IMG/VR virus record: IMGVR_UViG_3300020151_001495
Span: 52,131-116,130 of that record
DNA: 64,000 nucleotides
From: a virus
Taxonomy: Duplodnaviria > Caudoviricetes
Reading direction: 5' to 3' (one strand)
Below the pieces are notes generated by a model, which was given only the letters and a program-made list of their open reading frames with translations, searched no databases and was not told the origin of the DNA. Positions 1-9,143 of the stretch are shown here, piece after piece. The translations under genes and the position numbers were made by a program. The number at the start of each line of letters is the position of its first letter. The stretch's first letter is position 1.

Positions 1-345
1 CTTTTGCTTACGAGCAGTTTCTTTATCTTTCTCATTACCACTATTCCATAGCTGACGATTCAGTTCACCAACTGGATCTTTTTGATTGATAGTAGTAAGA
101 GAGTTTTCGATATACCAACCACCAGGACCTTGGAATGCATGAGAATAAATCTTAGCCCAGGGAGTAGCACTTTCTCCAGCAGCAGGAAGAAAGCGAATAA
201 TAGCGTAACCATTTCCAGCCTTGTCTACTTCTGGCTTCCATAGCCTTTCGTCAGAACTAGATTCAGTACTGGATTGCTTTTCCATCTCCTGAGTTAGCTT
301 CTCAAATACAGAAGATGAGTTACGCTTGAGTGTTGCAAATGACAT
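1..345 (-). CDS. gp32: Single-stranded DNA-binding protein gp32, N-terminal part (runs off the window edge)
   Basis: Hand translation from ATG at 345: MSFATLKRNSSSVFEKLTQEMEKQ...DERLWKPEVDKAGNGYAIIRFLP, the gp32 N-terminal signature; GGAG upstream. Confidence 0.95.
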   Translation of the reverse strand, partial: MSFATLKRNSSSVFEKLTQEMEKQSSTESSSDERLWKPEVDKAGNGYAIIRFLPAAGESATPWAKIYSHAFQGPGGWYIENSLTTINQKDPVGELNRQLWNSGNEKDKETARKQK

Positions 346-363
346 TTAGATTCTCCGTATTAA

Positions 364-388
364 TTGGATTAGTTGGATTAGTTGGATT
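364..388 (-). repeat. Three 9-nt-period repeats (AATCCAA[CT]) in the gp32 leader; candidate autogenous translational operator
   Basis: TTGGATT at 364, 373 and 382 on + strand, just upstream of the gp32 RBS. Confidence 0.6.
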
Positions 389-413
389 CAGCTTGTCCAC
401 CGAATACATGACT

Positions 414-442
414 ATCATAGCAGGTTCAGGCTGGGTTGTCAA
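414..442 (-). promoter_or_regulatory. Sigma70-type promoter for gp32
   Basis: TTGACA-17 nt-TATGAT. Confidence 0.8.
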
Positions 443-761
443 GCTTTTTCTTGGCCTCTGCAATTCCCTCTTTCATCTCTGAAAAGATTTGTGTCAGATC
501 CATTCCTGGAGAAATTCCAAGAAAAATAGCAGACTGTTTTAACATTTCAGTAAATTCTTTGGCTTCTTTATCTTCAGAATACTTAGCTCTAAAATAAAGA
601 AACTCTTGTAATTCAACCAGCCGTTCAAGTTTGTTTAAACATTCTATTTTAGATTCAATTGTTCTGTCCAAAGAATTTTTCAATGCTTCACGTATGTCTT
701 CATACAGAGACATCATTTCTACGAGTTCATCACGAATTATTTCTTGTTCAAAAAATTTCAT
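426..761 (-). CDS. Conserved cyanophage hypothetical protein
   Basis: 111-aa helical ORF between gp59 and gp32 with overlapping start/stop. Confidence 0.75.
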   Translation of the reverse strand: MKFFEQEIIRDELVEMMSLYEDIREALKNSLDRTIESKIECLNKLERLVELQEFLYFRAKYSEDKEAKEFTEMLKQSAIFLGISPGMDLTQIFSEMKEGIAEAKKKLDNPA

Positions 762-1345
762 AATTGAATTTGATCTAATAGAATATGTTTATATTTAGGT
801 TTGTCTACAGAAATGAAAGGTTCGTATTTTACTACCTTTCGTTTTAGATCTGGCCAGATAACTGGCTCTGTAATAGTAGCATCAAAATCTTTGACATAGT
901 TTAATAATACGTTTAGTATAACTAGTGTTTCTAGAGATATAGATTTTGATAGGTACTTTACAATGATGGGTGGATGGGTATGAGAGACTTTAAATATATC
1001 TTCAAAACAATTATCATTCAACAATACCAGAACATCACGTTTGAATGTATCTGGCATTAATTTAATTTTTTGTTTCCATCTAGGATATACTGTAGAATTT
1101 TCAATGCGAGATATATTTCCAATCCAGGTACTTTCATCGCCAACAAAATTAGCAATGAAATATTCAATGAGTTCTTCTCTAGAATATTTCATTGCTAATT
1201 TTTTAAAAAAGTATACATCTTTTCTTTTTTCAAAAGCTTTCATAGAAGCTTTTGTTTTTCCACAACATTTAAAATAATCAAATCTATCTGTAGTAAAATG
1301 TAATTTTATTGCAAGATATAATTTATATACTTCAAATGGATTCAT
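758..1345 (-). CDS. gp59: Helicase loader gp59
   Basis: VYKLYLAIKLHFTTDRFDYFK N-terminus; ISLETLVIL motif; synteny gp33-gp59-gp32. Confidence 0.9.
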   Translation of the reverse strand: MNPFEVYKLYLAIKLHFTTDRFDYFKCCGKTKASMKAFEKRKDVYFFKKLAMKYSREELIEYFIANFVGDESTWIGNISRIENSTVYPRWKQKIKLMPDTFKRDVLVLLNDNCFEDIFKVSHTHPPIIVKYLSKSISLETLVILNVLLNYVKDFDATITEPVIWPDLKRKVVKYEPFISVDKPKYKHILLDQIQL

Positions 1346-1626
1346 AGGGGCAATCTTGCTCTAGAAGATCTTTTCATAAAATTCATACGTTGAGCATCAA
1401 ATTTCAGTTTTTCCTTAAGAGGTTTGGAAATAAGTTTAGATACATTTTCTAATTCAATATTATGTGATTCGCAATAAACAAGAATAGCTTCAATATAGTT
1501 GAGACCACCTTGATTAGAACGAACGATTTCTTCAACTTCCATAGAGAATTTTGTAGCAGTCATAAATTTGTCTTCAATAAATTGTTCAAAAGTTTCGCCA
1601 TTTTTAGTGGATTTACGTTGTTCCAT
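1342..1626 (-). CDS. gp33: Late transcription coactivator gp33
   Basis: NYIEAILVYCE...SKLISKPLKEKLKFDAQRMNF. Confidence 0.9.
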   Translation of the reverse strand: MEQRKSTKNGETFEQFIEDKFMTATKFSMEVEEIVRSNQGGLNYIEAILVYCESHNIELENVSKLISKPLKEKLKFDAQRMNFMKRSSRARLPL

Positions 1627-2297
1627 TAGAACTTAAGCATTTGGTTATTCCATTCTTTAATATAATCTAGAAGTACATTCATATAATGTTTGATATCGTA
1701 TTCCTGAAAGACTTGAATTTCTCCATCCTCACATGCAATTAGAGTTACGAGTTTCTTTACTTTAACCCCAGTACGTTCATAATACATCATTGCATATGCA
1801 CATTCCTGAGCTATGTAATTGTCAATCCATTCTCTCTTCTTTGGTTCAGTAGATGTTTTGAAATCTATAATTGCAAGCTCATTCTCGTATTCTGCAATGC
1901 AATCGACTCTTCCTGCAAGCTTTAATTTATCGCTATACAGCGCCCCCTCTAGAGTATGGATATTATTAATTTTATCTAGAAAAGGTTTTATACATTTAAA
2001 CATGTATAAAGGGAGTACTTTATCCTTGTACTTCTCTTCATTGAATATATTATTTAGGTAATCTTCATTCATTAGATGAAAATTAGTTCCCCTAAGTGCA
2101 GCTCTGGAAGAAATACGATTAGCTTCTTTTTCTCCTACTCTTTTTCTCCATTCAAGAATAGACTTCTTTTTCATGGCTCCTATAACAGTAGTAACGGAGG
2201 GATATTTGTTACCTTCTGGAGTAACATACATCCTTCCGTTATTTGTGGTTATAGATTGTAGATCAATTAAAGGAGCATTATTTAAATGTACAAACAT
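1626..2297 (-). CDS. PD-(D/E)XK exonuclease (Cas4/RecB-like) of T4-like cyanophages
   Basis: YPSVTTV, GTNFH, AGRVDCIAEY...IIDFKTS, Q..AYA motifs. Confidence 0.85.
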   Translation of the reverse strand: MFVHLNNAPLIDLQSITTNNGRMYVTPEGNKYPSVTTVIGAMKKKSILEWRKRVGEKEANRISSRAALRGTNFHLMNEDYLNNIFNEEKYKDKVLPLYMFKCIKPFLDKINNIHTLEGALYSDKLKLAGRVDCIAEYENELAIIDFKTSTEPKKREWIDNYIAQECAYAMMYYERTGVKVKKLVTLIACEDGEIQVFQEYDIKHYMNVLLDYIKEWNNQMLKF

Positions 2298-3052
2298 TAC
2301 AATCCTAAATTCATTTTACTAATTAGATAACTCTTGATTAGTCCAGAACGAACGATATCTGGAATTCCAAATTCTACCATAGAAAACTCTTCCATGGTCT
2401 GAAGAATACTCATAAAGTTAAGAATACCATTCCTTTCATTGGTCTTAACTAAGTCTGTCTGATTTACATCGCCGCAGAAAATAATTTTAGTATCTTGACC
2501 AACACGAGTGATGATAGAATCTAATTCATGGAAATTAAGATTCTGACTTTCATCCACAATAATGATACAATTATCAAGTGTAGTTCCTCTAATAAAAGAA
2601 GTAGACCAAAAACTAATAGTTCCTTGATTTTTCAGATTGCCATATAGCATCTCAAAGGATGCTTCGTCTGGCATCTCAAACATATATTTTACCATATTCT
2701 TATATGGAATCTGGTAAAGACTTGATTTATCTTCATGATCACCAGGAAGAAAACCAATTTCTCTTGTAGAAACTAAAGAACGAACCATATAAACTTTGTC
2801 ATATGGTGTCTTTTCATTGAGTACATCCTTTAGTGCAAGATACAAACTAATGAAAGTTTTTCCAGTTCCTGCAGCACCATAAAGAAATAGATTCTTATCA
2901 TTCAAGTATTCTTCAAATACCTTTTCTTGAGCTGGAGTAAGAGCAGAGATATCTCTCATGTGCTCACTATCAATTGGCTTTTTCCTTCTCATTTTTTTAG
3001 CTGGCATATCAGCGAAGGTTTGGTCATTTTTTCTTCTGCGTGAACTTGTCAT
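2297..3052 (-). CDS. phoH: PhoH-like ATPase
   Basis: GAAGTGKT, IGFLPG, IRGTTLD, VDESQN, GDVNQTD, DIVRSG motifs. Confidence 0.95.
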   Translation of the reverse strand: MTSSRRRKNDQTFADMPAKKMRRKKPIDSEHMRDISALTPAQEKVFEEYLNDKNLFLYGAAGTGKTFISLYLALKDVLNEKTPYDKVYMVRSLVSTREIGFLPGDHEDKSSLYQIPYKNMVKYMFEMPDEASFEMLYGNLKNQGTISFWSTSFIRGTTLDNCIIIVDESQNLNFHELDSIITRVGQDTKIIFCGDVNQTDLVKTNERNGILNFMSILQTMEEFSMVEFGIPDIVRSGLIKSYLISKMNLGL

Positions 3053-3279
3053 ACGTCAATAGTCGAATGTGCATGGTTTGTTTTGATGCGACGAAGAACG
3101 TCTTTAAAGGTATCAGGAGCTTTGTTTTTTAACTCTCCAACTCCTCCCACTACGTTTATTCCCGTAGGAACTTGCGTAAGGTGTGGATTTTCTGCCAGGT
3201 ACGTTTCTCGTTCAGCCATGTACATCCATTTATCAAAATGTTCACCTGTGTTATTATCTCTAAATCTATAAGTTGGCAA
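3049..3279 (-). CDS. FmdB-like small protein; start probably TTG at 3279
   Basis: (M)PTYRFRDNNTGE N-terminus; GGAGG 6 nt upstream of the TTG. Confidence 0.65.
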   Translation of the reverse strand: MPTYRFRDNNTGEHFDKWMYMAERETYLAENPHLTQVPTGINVVGGVGELKNKAPDTFKDVLRRIKTNHAHSTIDV

Positions 3280-3280
3280 G

Positions 3281-3826
3281 TTATACCTCCATTGTGTTAA
3301 ACCATTCAGGAATTGTGGCGGGAGATTTCCATTTCGCAAAAGAAACTTTTTCTCCAATATAATAATTGCGATAAGACTGAATTGTGTCAGTTTCCTTATA
3401 TTTATCGGGCATTGCAGGTGGAGGATCCGACCAACCCAAATTAGGAAGATTAGTGGGAGGATACTTTAGATATGCCTTCAAAGACTCAGTAGCATGAAAC
3501 TTGCCATATCTCCTGGTGTACTCGATGCAACACTGCTCAAAGAGTTCGTAGAGCCACTTATAATGTGATCTAGAACTCCTAGCCCAGACAGCAGAAGGGT
3601 GGTTAATATGACAAGCTTTATAGAGATTTGATTCTCTTGGCTCATCAAGTTTGAATCGTTTGACTTTACGATTCTTTTCAGTAAGTTCAACATAACCAAT
3701 ACCGTCAAGAACTCGATGAGCAGTTGATAGAAGTTGTGCATACTCAACAATCATTTTAACTACATGTTTGTCACAATGCTCTTGGGCACAAATTGTAGGA
3801 TTGTAATCTAGATAAAAAATGTTCAT
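3281..3826 (-). CDS. Pyrimidine-dimer DNA glycosylase/endonuclease V-like protein
   Basis: MNIFYLD...HCDKHVVKMIVEYAQLLSTAH, HINHPSAVWAR, YRNYY motifs. Confidence 0.8.
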   Translation of the reverse strand: MNIFYLDYNPTICAQEHCDKHVVKMIVEYAQLLSTAHRVLDGIGYVELTEKNRKVKRFKLDEPRESNLYKACHINHPSAVWARSSRSHYKWLYELFEQCCIEYTRRYGKFHATESLKAYLKYPPTNLPNLGWSDPPPAMPDKYKETDTIQSYRNYYIGEKVSFAKWKSPATIPEWFNTMEV

Positions 3827-3844
3827 AATAAAGGGAGATTCACA

Positions 3845-4507
3845 TTACCATTCTAGTGCTTCTGCAACGTCAGGGAAGCAGGTTTTAAAGACATCTTTAC
3901 ATTCGTTTGCAATGTCCATATGTTCTTTCTGGGTTCCGTTTGAAGATCGTAGATTGATATAATGAATCCATGACCTGGCTGAGCCCTTCATATAAATTCT
4001 TGTTGGTGTTGCTAAAGGAAGCACAAACCTTGCACATTCCTTTGCCACGCCCTTCTCAAGCAGACGGTTATAAAGATTCTGACCTTGCTGGAAGTACTCA
4101 GAAATCTCACCCTGCAGTCCTAGTTTCACATACTCACCAAGATCATCAGTAGAGTTTTGACGATTTTTGGTATCTTGACGACGAAGATCTGGGACAGATG
4201 GCCTATCAGTAAGAAGTTTGGTATCTGCATACCGTTGTGAAAATTCTTGAAATGTAAATGAACGGTGACGAAGCACCTGGGCCGCTATACCTCTAGTGGT
4301 ATTAATCTCTAGAGTCATATCAGCTTGTTCAAAGATGCTCCAGTGATTCTCTCGAATACAATAACGAAGAAGTCCTGCAGCAGTATCAAACTTTTCTTGG
4401 TTTGCTGGATTACTTACACGAGCAGTATAAGTAATCACTTCTTGGGCTGTCTTACCTTCTAGTTTACCAGCACCTTGACTTAACGAAATCAAAAAAACAT
4501 TGCTCAT
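3845..4507 (-). CDS. thyX: Flavin-dependent thymidylate synthase
   Basis: HWSIFE, RHRSFTFQEFSQRY, ECARFVLP, TQKEH; start moved to MSNVF to avoid overlap. Confidence 0.95.
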   Translation of the reverse strand: MSNVFLISLSQGAGKLEGKTAQEVITYTARVSNPANQEKFDTAAGLLRYCIRENHWSIFEQADMTLEINTTRGIAAQVLRHRSFTFQEFSQRYADTKLLTDRPSVPDLRRQDTKNRQNSTDDLGEYVKLGLQGEISEYFQQGQNLYNRLLEKGVAKECARFVLPLATPTRIYMKGSARSWIHYINLRSSNGTQKEHMDIANECKDVFKTCFPDVAEALEW

Positions 4508-4509
4508 AG

Positions 4510-4767
4510 TTACTTTTTCTTTTTGGGTTCCTTTGGTTCTATTCCCCATAGTTTGGGATTGACCTTGCCATCGGTCCAGCGGATGTCTTTCAGACCTTCA
4601 CGGTACTTGTCCCAGTACATGTCGAAGATCTGAGCCCGCTTGTTACATACTATTATATCATACTTGGTTTGGTTGTCAACCTCATAGGTGACGATATAAG
4701 AGTTTAGTGGTAACGTCTTATCCTTGGCTAAACTTTTATCGCAATCTAAGTGTACAATTTTACACAT
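4510..4767 (-). CDS. Conserved cyanophage hypothetical protein
   Basis: 85-aa ORF tightly packed in the operon. Confidence 0.75.
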   Translation of the reverse strand: MCKIVHLDCDKSLAKDKTLPLNSYIVTYEVDNQTKYDIIVCNKRAQIFDMYWDKYREGLKDIRWTDGKVNPKLWGIEPKEPKKKK

Positions 4768-4768
4768 G

Positions 4769-5221
4769 TCACGACCTATTCCCCCACTGGATTTCTGGGT
4801 ATGCTTCTTCTATAGCATTCTTGGTGATCTTATATCTCTTGCCAAGTTTCTTGTCTTTGACCAGGCAAAGAACAGAAGCTTCATCCTTGTGTAAAGCTTC
4901 TAAAAGTTGAATGAACATTAGTTCTCGCTTTGAACTAGGAAGACCATCGTTTCCTCCTTGTACAAAGTTATACAGAATACGATACTCATGTAGTAGTCTT
5001 GTATGTTCTGTATCAATCGGAACATCATTCGCTGTATATGGAACTTCTCCCACTGGGAGCATTGACTTAATGCTTTCGTCAAAATTCCAGATTAAAAGTG
5101 ATTGAAGTGCTGGGGTCTTGTACTTTTTTAGTAGTGCTACCTTTTCAGCTTTGGTTTTTGCATTTGATATTTTTTGAAGAACTTCAGATAGCAGAAGTCT
5201 TTCTACAGGCAATTCAGACAT
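4769..5221 (-). CDS. Conserved T4-like phage hypothetical protein
   Basis: LPVGEVPY, KRELMFIQLLEALH motifs. Confidence 0.8.
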   Translation of the reverse strand: MSELPVERLLLSEVLQKISNAKTKAEKVALLKKYKTPALQSLLIWNFDESIKSMLPVGEVPYTANDVPIDTEHTRLLHEYRILYNFVQGGNDGLPSSKRELMFIQLLEALHKDEASVLCLVKDKKLGKRYKITKNAIEEAYPEIQWGNRS

Positions 5222-5223
5222 GG

Positions 5224-6102
5224 TTAAAATTCCTCCATTTCATTTAATAAAAATACTAGTTTATGATCAATAAAATAGTTAATTGATACATGTGGTAACT
5301 TATTACTATTTAACTGTTCAAATTCTTCTATAATTTTAGATTCAATCTCTCCAGGTATCATACTAAAATCAATTAGTTTAAGATTTCTATGATAGTTAGA
5401 AAGTTGTTCTGTATTGCAATAACTTTCTGGTTCAGAATTTATCCATTTTTCAATATTCTTTTTACTGATTGGTTTCTGTCTTTTTCCAGTTACAAACGTA
5501 TCAGATGCAGATAAAAAATTTGGAATTCCATCTGACCTATCACCTTTTATTACATGTTCTTTTATGTAATTCTTTGCGTTTATTTCGGTGATGTACTTCT
5601 TTTGTACTGGATTATATTGAGAAGCACATGGATACTTCTTTAATTGAATAAAATCTTTATCACCAGAAAGTATTAAAACTTTTTCTTTTGGTAGATTTTG
5701 TTTTTCTCTTTTTATATTTTGTAGAGTGACATATTTTGTCATAGTGGCAATAATGTCATCAGCCTCTGCTCCATATACTTCTAATACAATATATGGAAAG
5801 TTGTCTCGAATCTCATCTCGAATTTTATTTAATATATCGAAAATTTGAGACCAATTATGGGTTGACTTCTCTCTATCTTTTTTTCTATTCTGTTTATAAT
5901 ATGGAAAAAATTCTTTTCTCCAATAGTGTTTACTATCGTAACAAAGAACTAGATCACCATATTCTGCATGGAACTTTTTTTTGTAGGATTTGATAGCAAC
6001 CAAAACCATATGACGAACCATATTTTCATCTAGTTCATCAGCATTTTTTATTTGCATCATTAAATTACTAATCATGCACTGATTCATATCGACAAGAATC
6101 AT
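5224..6102 (-). CDS. rnh: T4-type RNase H (5'-3' exonuclease)
   Basis: MILVD, YWRKEFFPYYK, EADDII, SGDKDFIQL, GDRSDGIPN motifs. Confidence 0.95.
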   Translation of the reverse strand: MILVDMNQCMISNLMMQIKNADELDENMVRHMVLVAIKSYKKKFHAEYGDLVLCYDSKHYWRKEFFPYYKQNRKKDREKSTHNWSQIFDILNKIRDEIRDNFPYIVLEVYGAEADDIIATMTKYVTLQNIKREKQNLPKEKVLILSGDKDFIQLKKYPCASQYNPVQKKYITEINAKNYIKEHVIKGDRSDGIPNFLSASDTFVTGKRQKPISKKNIEKWINSEPESYCNTEQLSNYHRNLKLIDFSMIPGEIESKIIEEFEQLNSNKLPHVSINYFIDHKLVFLLNEMEEF

Positions 6103-6105
6103 AAG

Positions 6106-6339
6106 TTAATCCTCTTCTTCATCATCCTCTTCTTCTTCGAAACGAACTGCAATTAATTCTTCTGTTATATAGTTACCATTTTCATCATACATTTCTGGAT
6201 GGGAATTTGGTGATGCAGAAGAAATAGGATTGAAGTATTCATTAGCAAACCATCCGAATACCATTCCTATCATAAAACTCAATACAATTAAAACTAATCC
6301 AATAGTCAAAACAGATACTAGAACTAGTAAACTTGACAT
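6106..6339 (-). CDS. Small membrane protein
   Basis: Hydrophobic N-half, HPEMYDENG motif, acidic tail; AGGAG upstream. Confidence 0.75.
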   Translation of the reverse strand: MSSLLVLVSVLTIGLVLIVLSFMIGMVFGWFANEYFNPISSASPNSHPEMYDENGNYITEELIAVRFEEEEDDEEED

Positions 6340-6361
6340 GGCTCTACTCCTTTATCTACTG

Positions 6362-6532
6362 TTAAGTATTAACGTCGTTGATGAAGATTTTAACCTCAAC
6401 TCGGTAGATTTTTCGGAGAAATGAAACTACCCTGAGAAAGTGAAAGTTAGGCTTTTCTTGAAAAGTCTGTTTCCTCCCACTTAGCATTGCCATTACATTT
6501 TTATTTAGGTACTTTTCTGGAATTGAATTCAT
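6362..6532 (-). CDS. 56-aa hypothetical protein (below ORF-track cutoff)
   Basis: Hand translation MNSIPEKYLNKNVMAMLSGRK...; ATGA overlap with upstream ORF. Confidence 0.55.
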   Translation of the reverse strand: MNSIPEKYLNKNVMAMLSGRKQTFQEKPNFHFLRVVSFLRKIYRVEVKIFINDVNT

Positions 6533-7239
6533 TTAATTGTTTTCATAAAAATTTGTTTTATATTAGTTCTTCCAGTAGGAACCTTTGGTTTTGTAGTTAG
6601 ATGAGATACAATATTTTCAATATTGTATTTTGAGCAAGAACTAATCTCAGGAAGAAACTCTTCAGGATTTCTAATCTTTCGAACCCAAGACTTGTCAGGA
6701 TCAAATCCAGTGATTAAAGTTCTTCGAACACCAAGAGATCTACCAGTATAATAAGTAAGCTCCCTAGTTTCTACATTGTATAGAAAAATATGCTTTGAAT
6801 TTAAAAGCTCAGTTGTAGGTAGTGACTTGTATGTAGTTGAACCAAGAGTAAGATCATCAGAATAAAAACTAATGTACTTAAGTAGTTTATCTGGTGAAGT
6901 ACTTTTCCGTTTACGAATAATCTTTTTATTATCTTTGTACTTATAAAGATCATCAACAATTTGTTCTAAAAATTCTTTAAAATCTCTGAGTTCAGATTTT
7001 CTAAAATTTCCATAACCTTCTTTTACTTGAGGGTCTTCACCACTCATTGCAATCTCAAGTTCTTTAATTTGATATTCAATTCCATTAGCTTTAGTATCAA
7101 CAAAATTATTGATAGTTCGTCTATCAATATTTTCAGATTGTAGGAATTTAATAAAATTAGCTTTTGGCTTCTTTCGTTGAATTACAAAATCATCGATAAG
7201 AATATCAATGAATGAAGAAATCTCACAAACTTTGTTCAT
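6529..7239 (-). CDS. Conserved T4-like phage hypothetical protein
   Basis: 236-aa ORF with KEGY and TGRTN motifs; coupled to nrdC. Confidence 0.75.
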   Translation of the reverse strand: MNKVCEISSFIDILIDDFVIQRKKPKANFIKFLQSENIDRRTINNFVDTKANGIEYQIKELEIAMSGEDPQVKEGYGNFRKSELRDFKEFLEQIVDDLYKYKDNKKIIRKRKSTSPDKLLKYISFYSDDLTLGSTTYKSLPTTELLNSKHIFLYNVETRELTYYTGRSLGVRRTLITGFDPDKSWVRKIRNPEEFLPEISSCSKYNIENIVSHLTTKPKVPTGRTNIKQIFMKTIK

Positions 7240-7472
7240 ACAATACCATTCTCCATAAGATACTTTACAGTTTCAGATGCACCACCAATTAGGTTTCCAT
7301 CAATCAATACTCGGGGAAAAGTAGAACCTTCTCCAAATTCCGAAATAAAATTATCTCGATCAAAATGATCTCCTAGTTTATACTCTACATAGGCAACATT
7401 TTGAATATTAAAAACAGTTTTAATTTTTTCGCAATAAGGACAGTCATCCTTAGTGTACAGTACTACATCCAT
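7236..7472 (-). CDS. nrdC: Glutaredoxin
   Basis: CPYC, TFPRV, IGG motifs. Confidence 0.93.
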   Translation of the reverse strand: MDVVLYTKDDCPYCEKIKTVFNIQNVAYVEYKLGDHFDRDNFISEFGEGSTFPRVLIDGNLIGGASETVKYLMENGIV

Positions 7473-7498
7473 AGGTCGCTGGAATTCTATTCCTATGT

Positions 7499-7527
7499 AT
7501 TATAGCACACTGGCTGGGAAAAATCAA
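7499..7527 (-). promoter_or_regulatory. Sigma70-type promoter
   Basis: TTGATT-17 nt-TATAAT. Confidence 0.7.
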
Positions 7528-7531
7528 GGGA

Positions 7532-7613
7532 TGGGCAGGGAGGGATTTGAACCCCCGTAGGCAGAGCCAGCGGATTTACAGTCCGCCTCCATTAACCACT
7601 CGGACACCTACCC
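7532..7613 (-). tRNA. tRNA-Tyr(GTA)
   Basis: Cloverleaf with long variable arm; anticodon arm GCGGA CT GTA AA TCCGC; CCA not encoded. Confidence 0.95.
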
Positions 7614-7774
7614 TAGAAACGTTTAAACTTCCACTTTAATTTTATATATTGAAGTTGAAGATAAACAAAAAAGTGATTTACTTTAATAGCAATCCAGTCT
7701 AATACGTTTGAATCTGTTATACAAACGTATGAAAATACGGAAAGTAGTAAAATAAAATAAAAGTAATAATCCAT
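7613..7774 (-). CDS. 53-aa membrane protein
   Basis: Hand translation MDYYFYFILLLSVFSYVCITD...; TAATG coupling; stop overlaps tRNA-Tyr G1. Confidence 0.55.
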   Translation of the reverse strand: MDYYFYFILLLSVFSYVCITDSNVLDWIAIKVNHFFVYLQLQYIKLKWKFKRF

Positions 7775-7944
7775 TATTCCACAATATCGTTGAAATAACC
7801 TTCTTCGATTGCGTCGGATAATACTTGAGTTATCAATTGTTCTACTGTAACTCCTCTAGCTTCTGCTAGAGCATGAGCAATTTTAGCAGTCTCATCATCT
7901 AGTTCAATTTCAAGTTCTTCAGTTTTTTCAGAATTAGTTGTCAT
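7774..7944 (-). CDS. 56-aa protein, possibly ribbon-helix-helix-like
   Basis: Hand translation MTTNSEKTEELEIELDDETAKIAHALAEARGVTVEQLITQVLSDAIE... Confidence 0.6.
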   Translation of the reverse strand: MTTNSEKTEELEIELDDETAKIAHALAEARGVTVEQLITQVLSDAIEEGYFNDIVE

Positions 7945-7965
7945 AAAAAATTAATTTATAAACAA

Positions 7966-8052
7966 TGGAAAGAGAGGGATTCGAACCCTCGATAGAGTTG
8001 CCCCTATACAGACTTTCCAGGTCTGCTCCTTAAACCACTCGGACATCTTTCC
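7966..8052 (-). tRNA. tRNA-Ser(GGA)
   Basis: Cloverleaf with long variable arm; CAGAC CT GGA AA GTCTG; discriminator is A rather than the usual G. Confidence 0.9.
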
Positions 8053-8243
8053 TAGAAAGGAGAATCTTCGTATCCAGGAGGATACTCATTCTCCGAATCG
8101 TAACATGGATTTATGCATGGAGCATCTACTTTACGATATTGGCAAACTCGTTGGGCAAGAAATTCTAAAGTTCCTGGCTTTCCATGAGAAAACTTTGCCA
8201 TACCATCTTCAATACATACCTCACATGCAGGACATTTTTCCAT
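8052..8243 (-). CDS. Cys-rich hypothetical protein
   Basis: 63 aa, CPAC...RVC...CINPC. Confidence 0.7.
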   Translation of the reverse strand: MEKCPACEVCIEDGMAKFSHGKPGTLEFLAQRVCQYRKVDAPCINPCYDSENEYPPGYEDSPF

Positions 8244-8266
8244 GTTACTTCTGGTATAGAATGATA

Positions 8267-8422
8267 TTATTTAGTCTCATTCTGATACTTTCGTTTTAAT
8301 TCATTGACAATGATTAATGATTTTTTTAATCCTAATGCATAATCATTATGTCCATATTTTATAGAAATTTGAACACTGTGTTGAACTCTTTCTACAAATT
8401 CTTTATAAAAATTTTCATTCAT
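8267..8422 (-). CDS. 51-aa hypothetical protein
   Basis: Hand translation MNENFYKEFVERVQHSVQISIKYGH... Confidence 0.5.
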   Translation of the reverse strand: MNENFYKEFVERVQHSVQISIKYGHNDYALGLKKSLIIVNELKRKYQNETK

Positions 8423-8645
8423 TTTGAATTGATCTTGCGTCTAGTTGTCGAATTTTATAAAGAGGACTCCTCATGTATTTTTTAATTCGTTTGAGTTCTT
8501 TGTGTAGTTGTTTTAAATTTTCTAGATCTTGTCTAATCTCAGCAGGAGATTTAATTTTATCCTCATTTAAACTAAGTTCTGGAGTAAGAACAGTTTCCTC
8601 ATCTAAAACTTCAGTAGATTCTACATCAATAATTTGTTCTTCCAT
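8415..8645 (-). CDS. Hypothetical protein
   Basis: 76-aa ORF directly below a sigma70 promoter. Confidence 0.7.
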   Translation of the reverse strand: MEEQIIDVESTEVLDEETVLTPELSLNEDKIKSPAEIRQDLENLKQLHKELKRIKKYMRSPLYKIRQLDARSIQNE

Positions 8646-8669
8646 ATACTATGAATTAATGTAAACTAT

Positions 8670-8698
8670 ATAGTAGCACATAATCATTCGGTTGTCAA
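8670..8698 (-). promoter_or_regulatory. Sigma70-type promoter
   Basis: TTGACA-17 nt-TACTAT. Confidence 0.8.
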
Positions 8699-9102
8699 GT
8701 CAAGTACCGAATATCATCAATAAATCCTGCATCCAGTGCATTTTGTAACATCAAATCGGAAGAACTTCCTGGCTTTGGTTGTGCAGAAAAATAGATTACA
8801 AAATAAGCATCTGGATTCATAGATTTCAATAAAGCCCCATTTGCGATAGCTTTTTTAACACTGTCGGTACGTTGGGCTCCTGGTCGTTTTTTATCGCCAG
8901 AAAGTCCACCTTTTACTTCGATGTATTCAGTGATTAGACCATCCGTTGCTACGAAGTCAACGTCAATACCAATAGAGTCAAATTTAAAATTTTTATGTAG
9001 AATTGATTTTCTAGAATCACGTAGATGTTCCTCTACTAGATTCTCAAATTGAATTCCAGTTTTTCTACTTTCTGATTGAAAATTAATTTGCATTGTATTC
9101 AT
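8695..9102 (-). CDS. PD-(D/E)XK restriction-endonuclease-like protein
   Basis: GIQFE...IDVDFV...YIEVKGG catalytic pattern. Confidence 0.7.
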   Translation of the reverse strand: MNTMQINFQSESRKTGIQFENLVEEHLRDSRKSILHKNFKFDSIGIDVDFVATDGLITEYIEVKGGLSGDKKRPGAQRTDSVKKAIANGALLKSMNPDAYFVIYFSAQPKPGSSSDLMLQNALDAGFIDDIRYLT

Positions 9103-9113
9103 TCATAGATAAT

Positions 9114-9143
9114 AAAAAACCACCTACTTATTATAGGTGGTTT
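9114..9143 (-). terminator. psbA intrinsic terminator
   Basis: AAACCACCTA-loop-TAGGTGGTTT then T-tract. Confidence 0.8.

Noticed and set aside
364-388. CRISPR-like array
   Set aside because: Only 9-nt tandem units without spacers; no CRISPR array seen in the window, and the Cas4-like exonuclease is a normal phage core gene.
7966-8052. tRNA-Ser A73 as an identity switch
   Set aside because: Seryl-tRNA synthetase relies mainly on the long variable arm, which is present; a single deviation is weak evidence.
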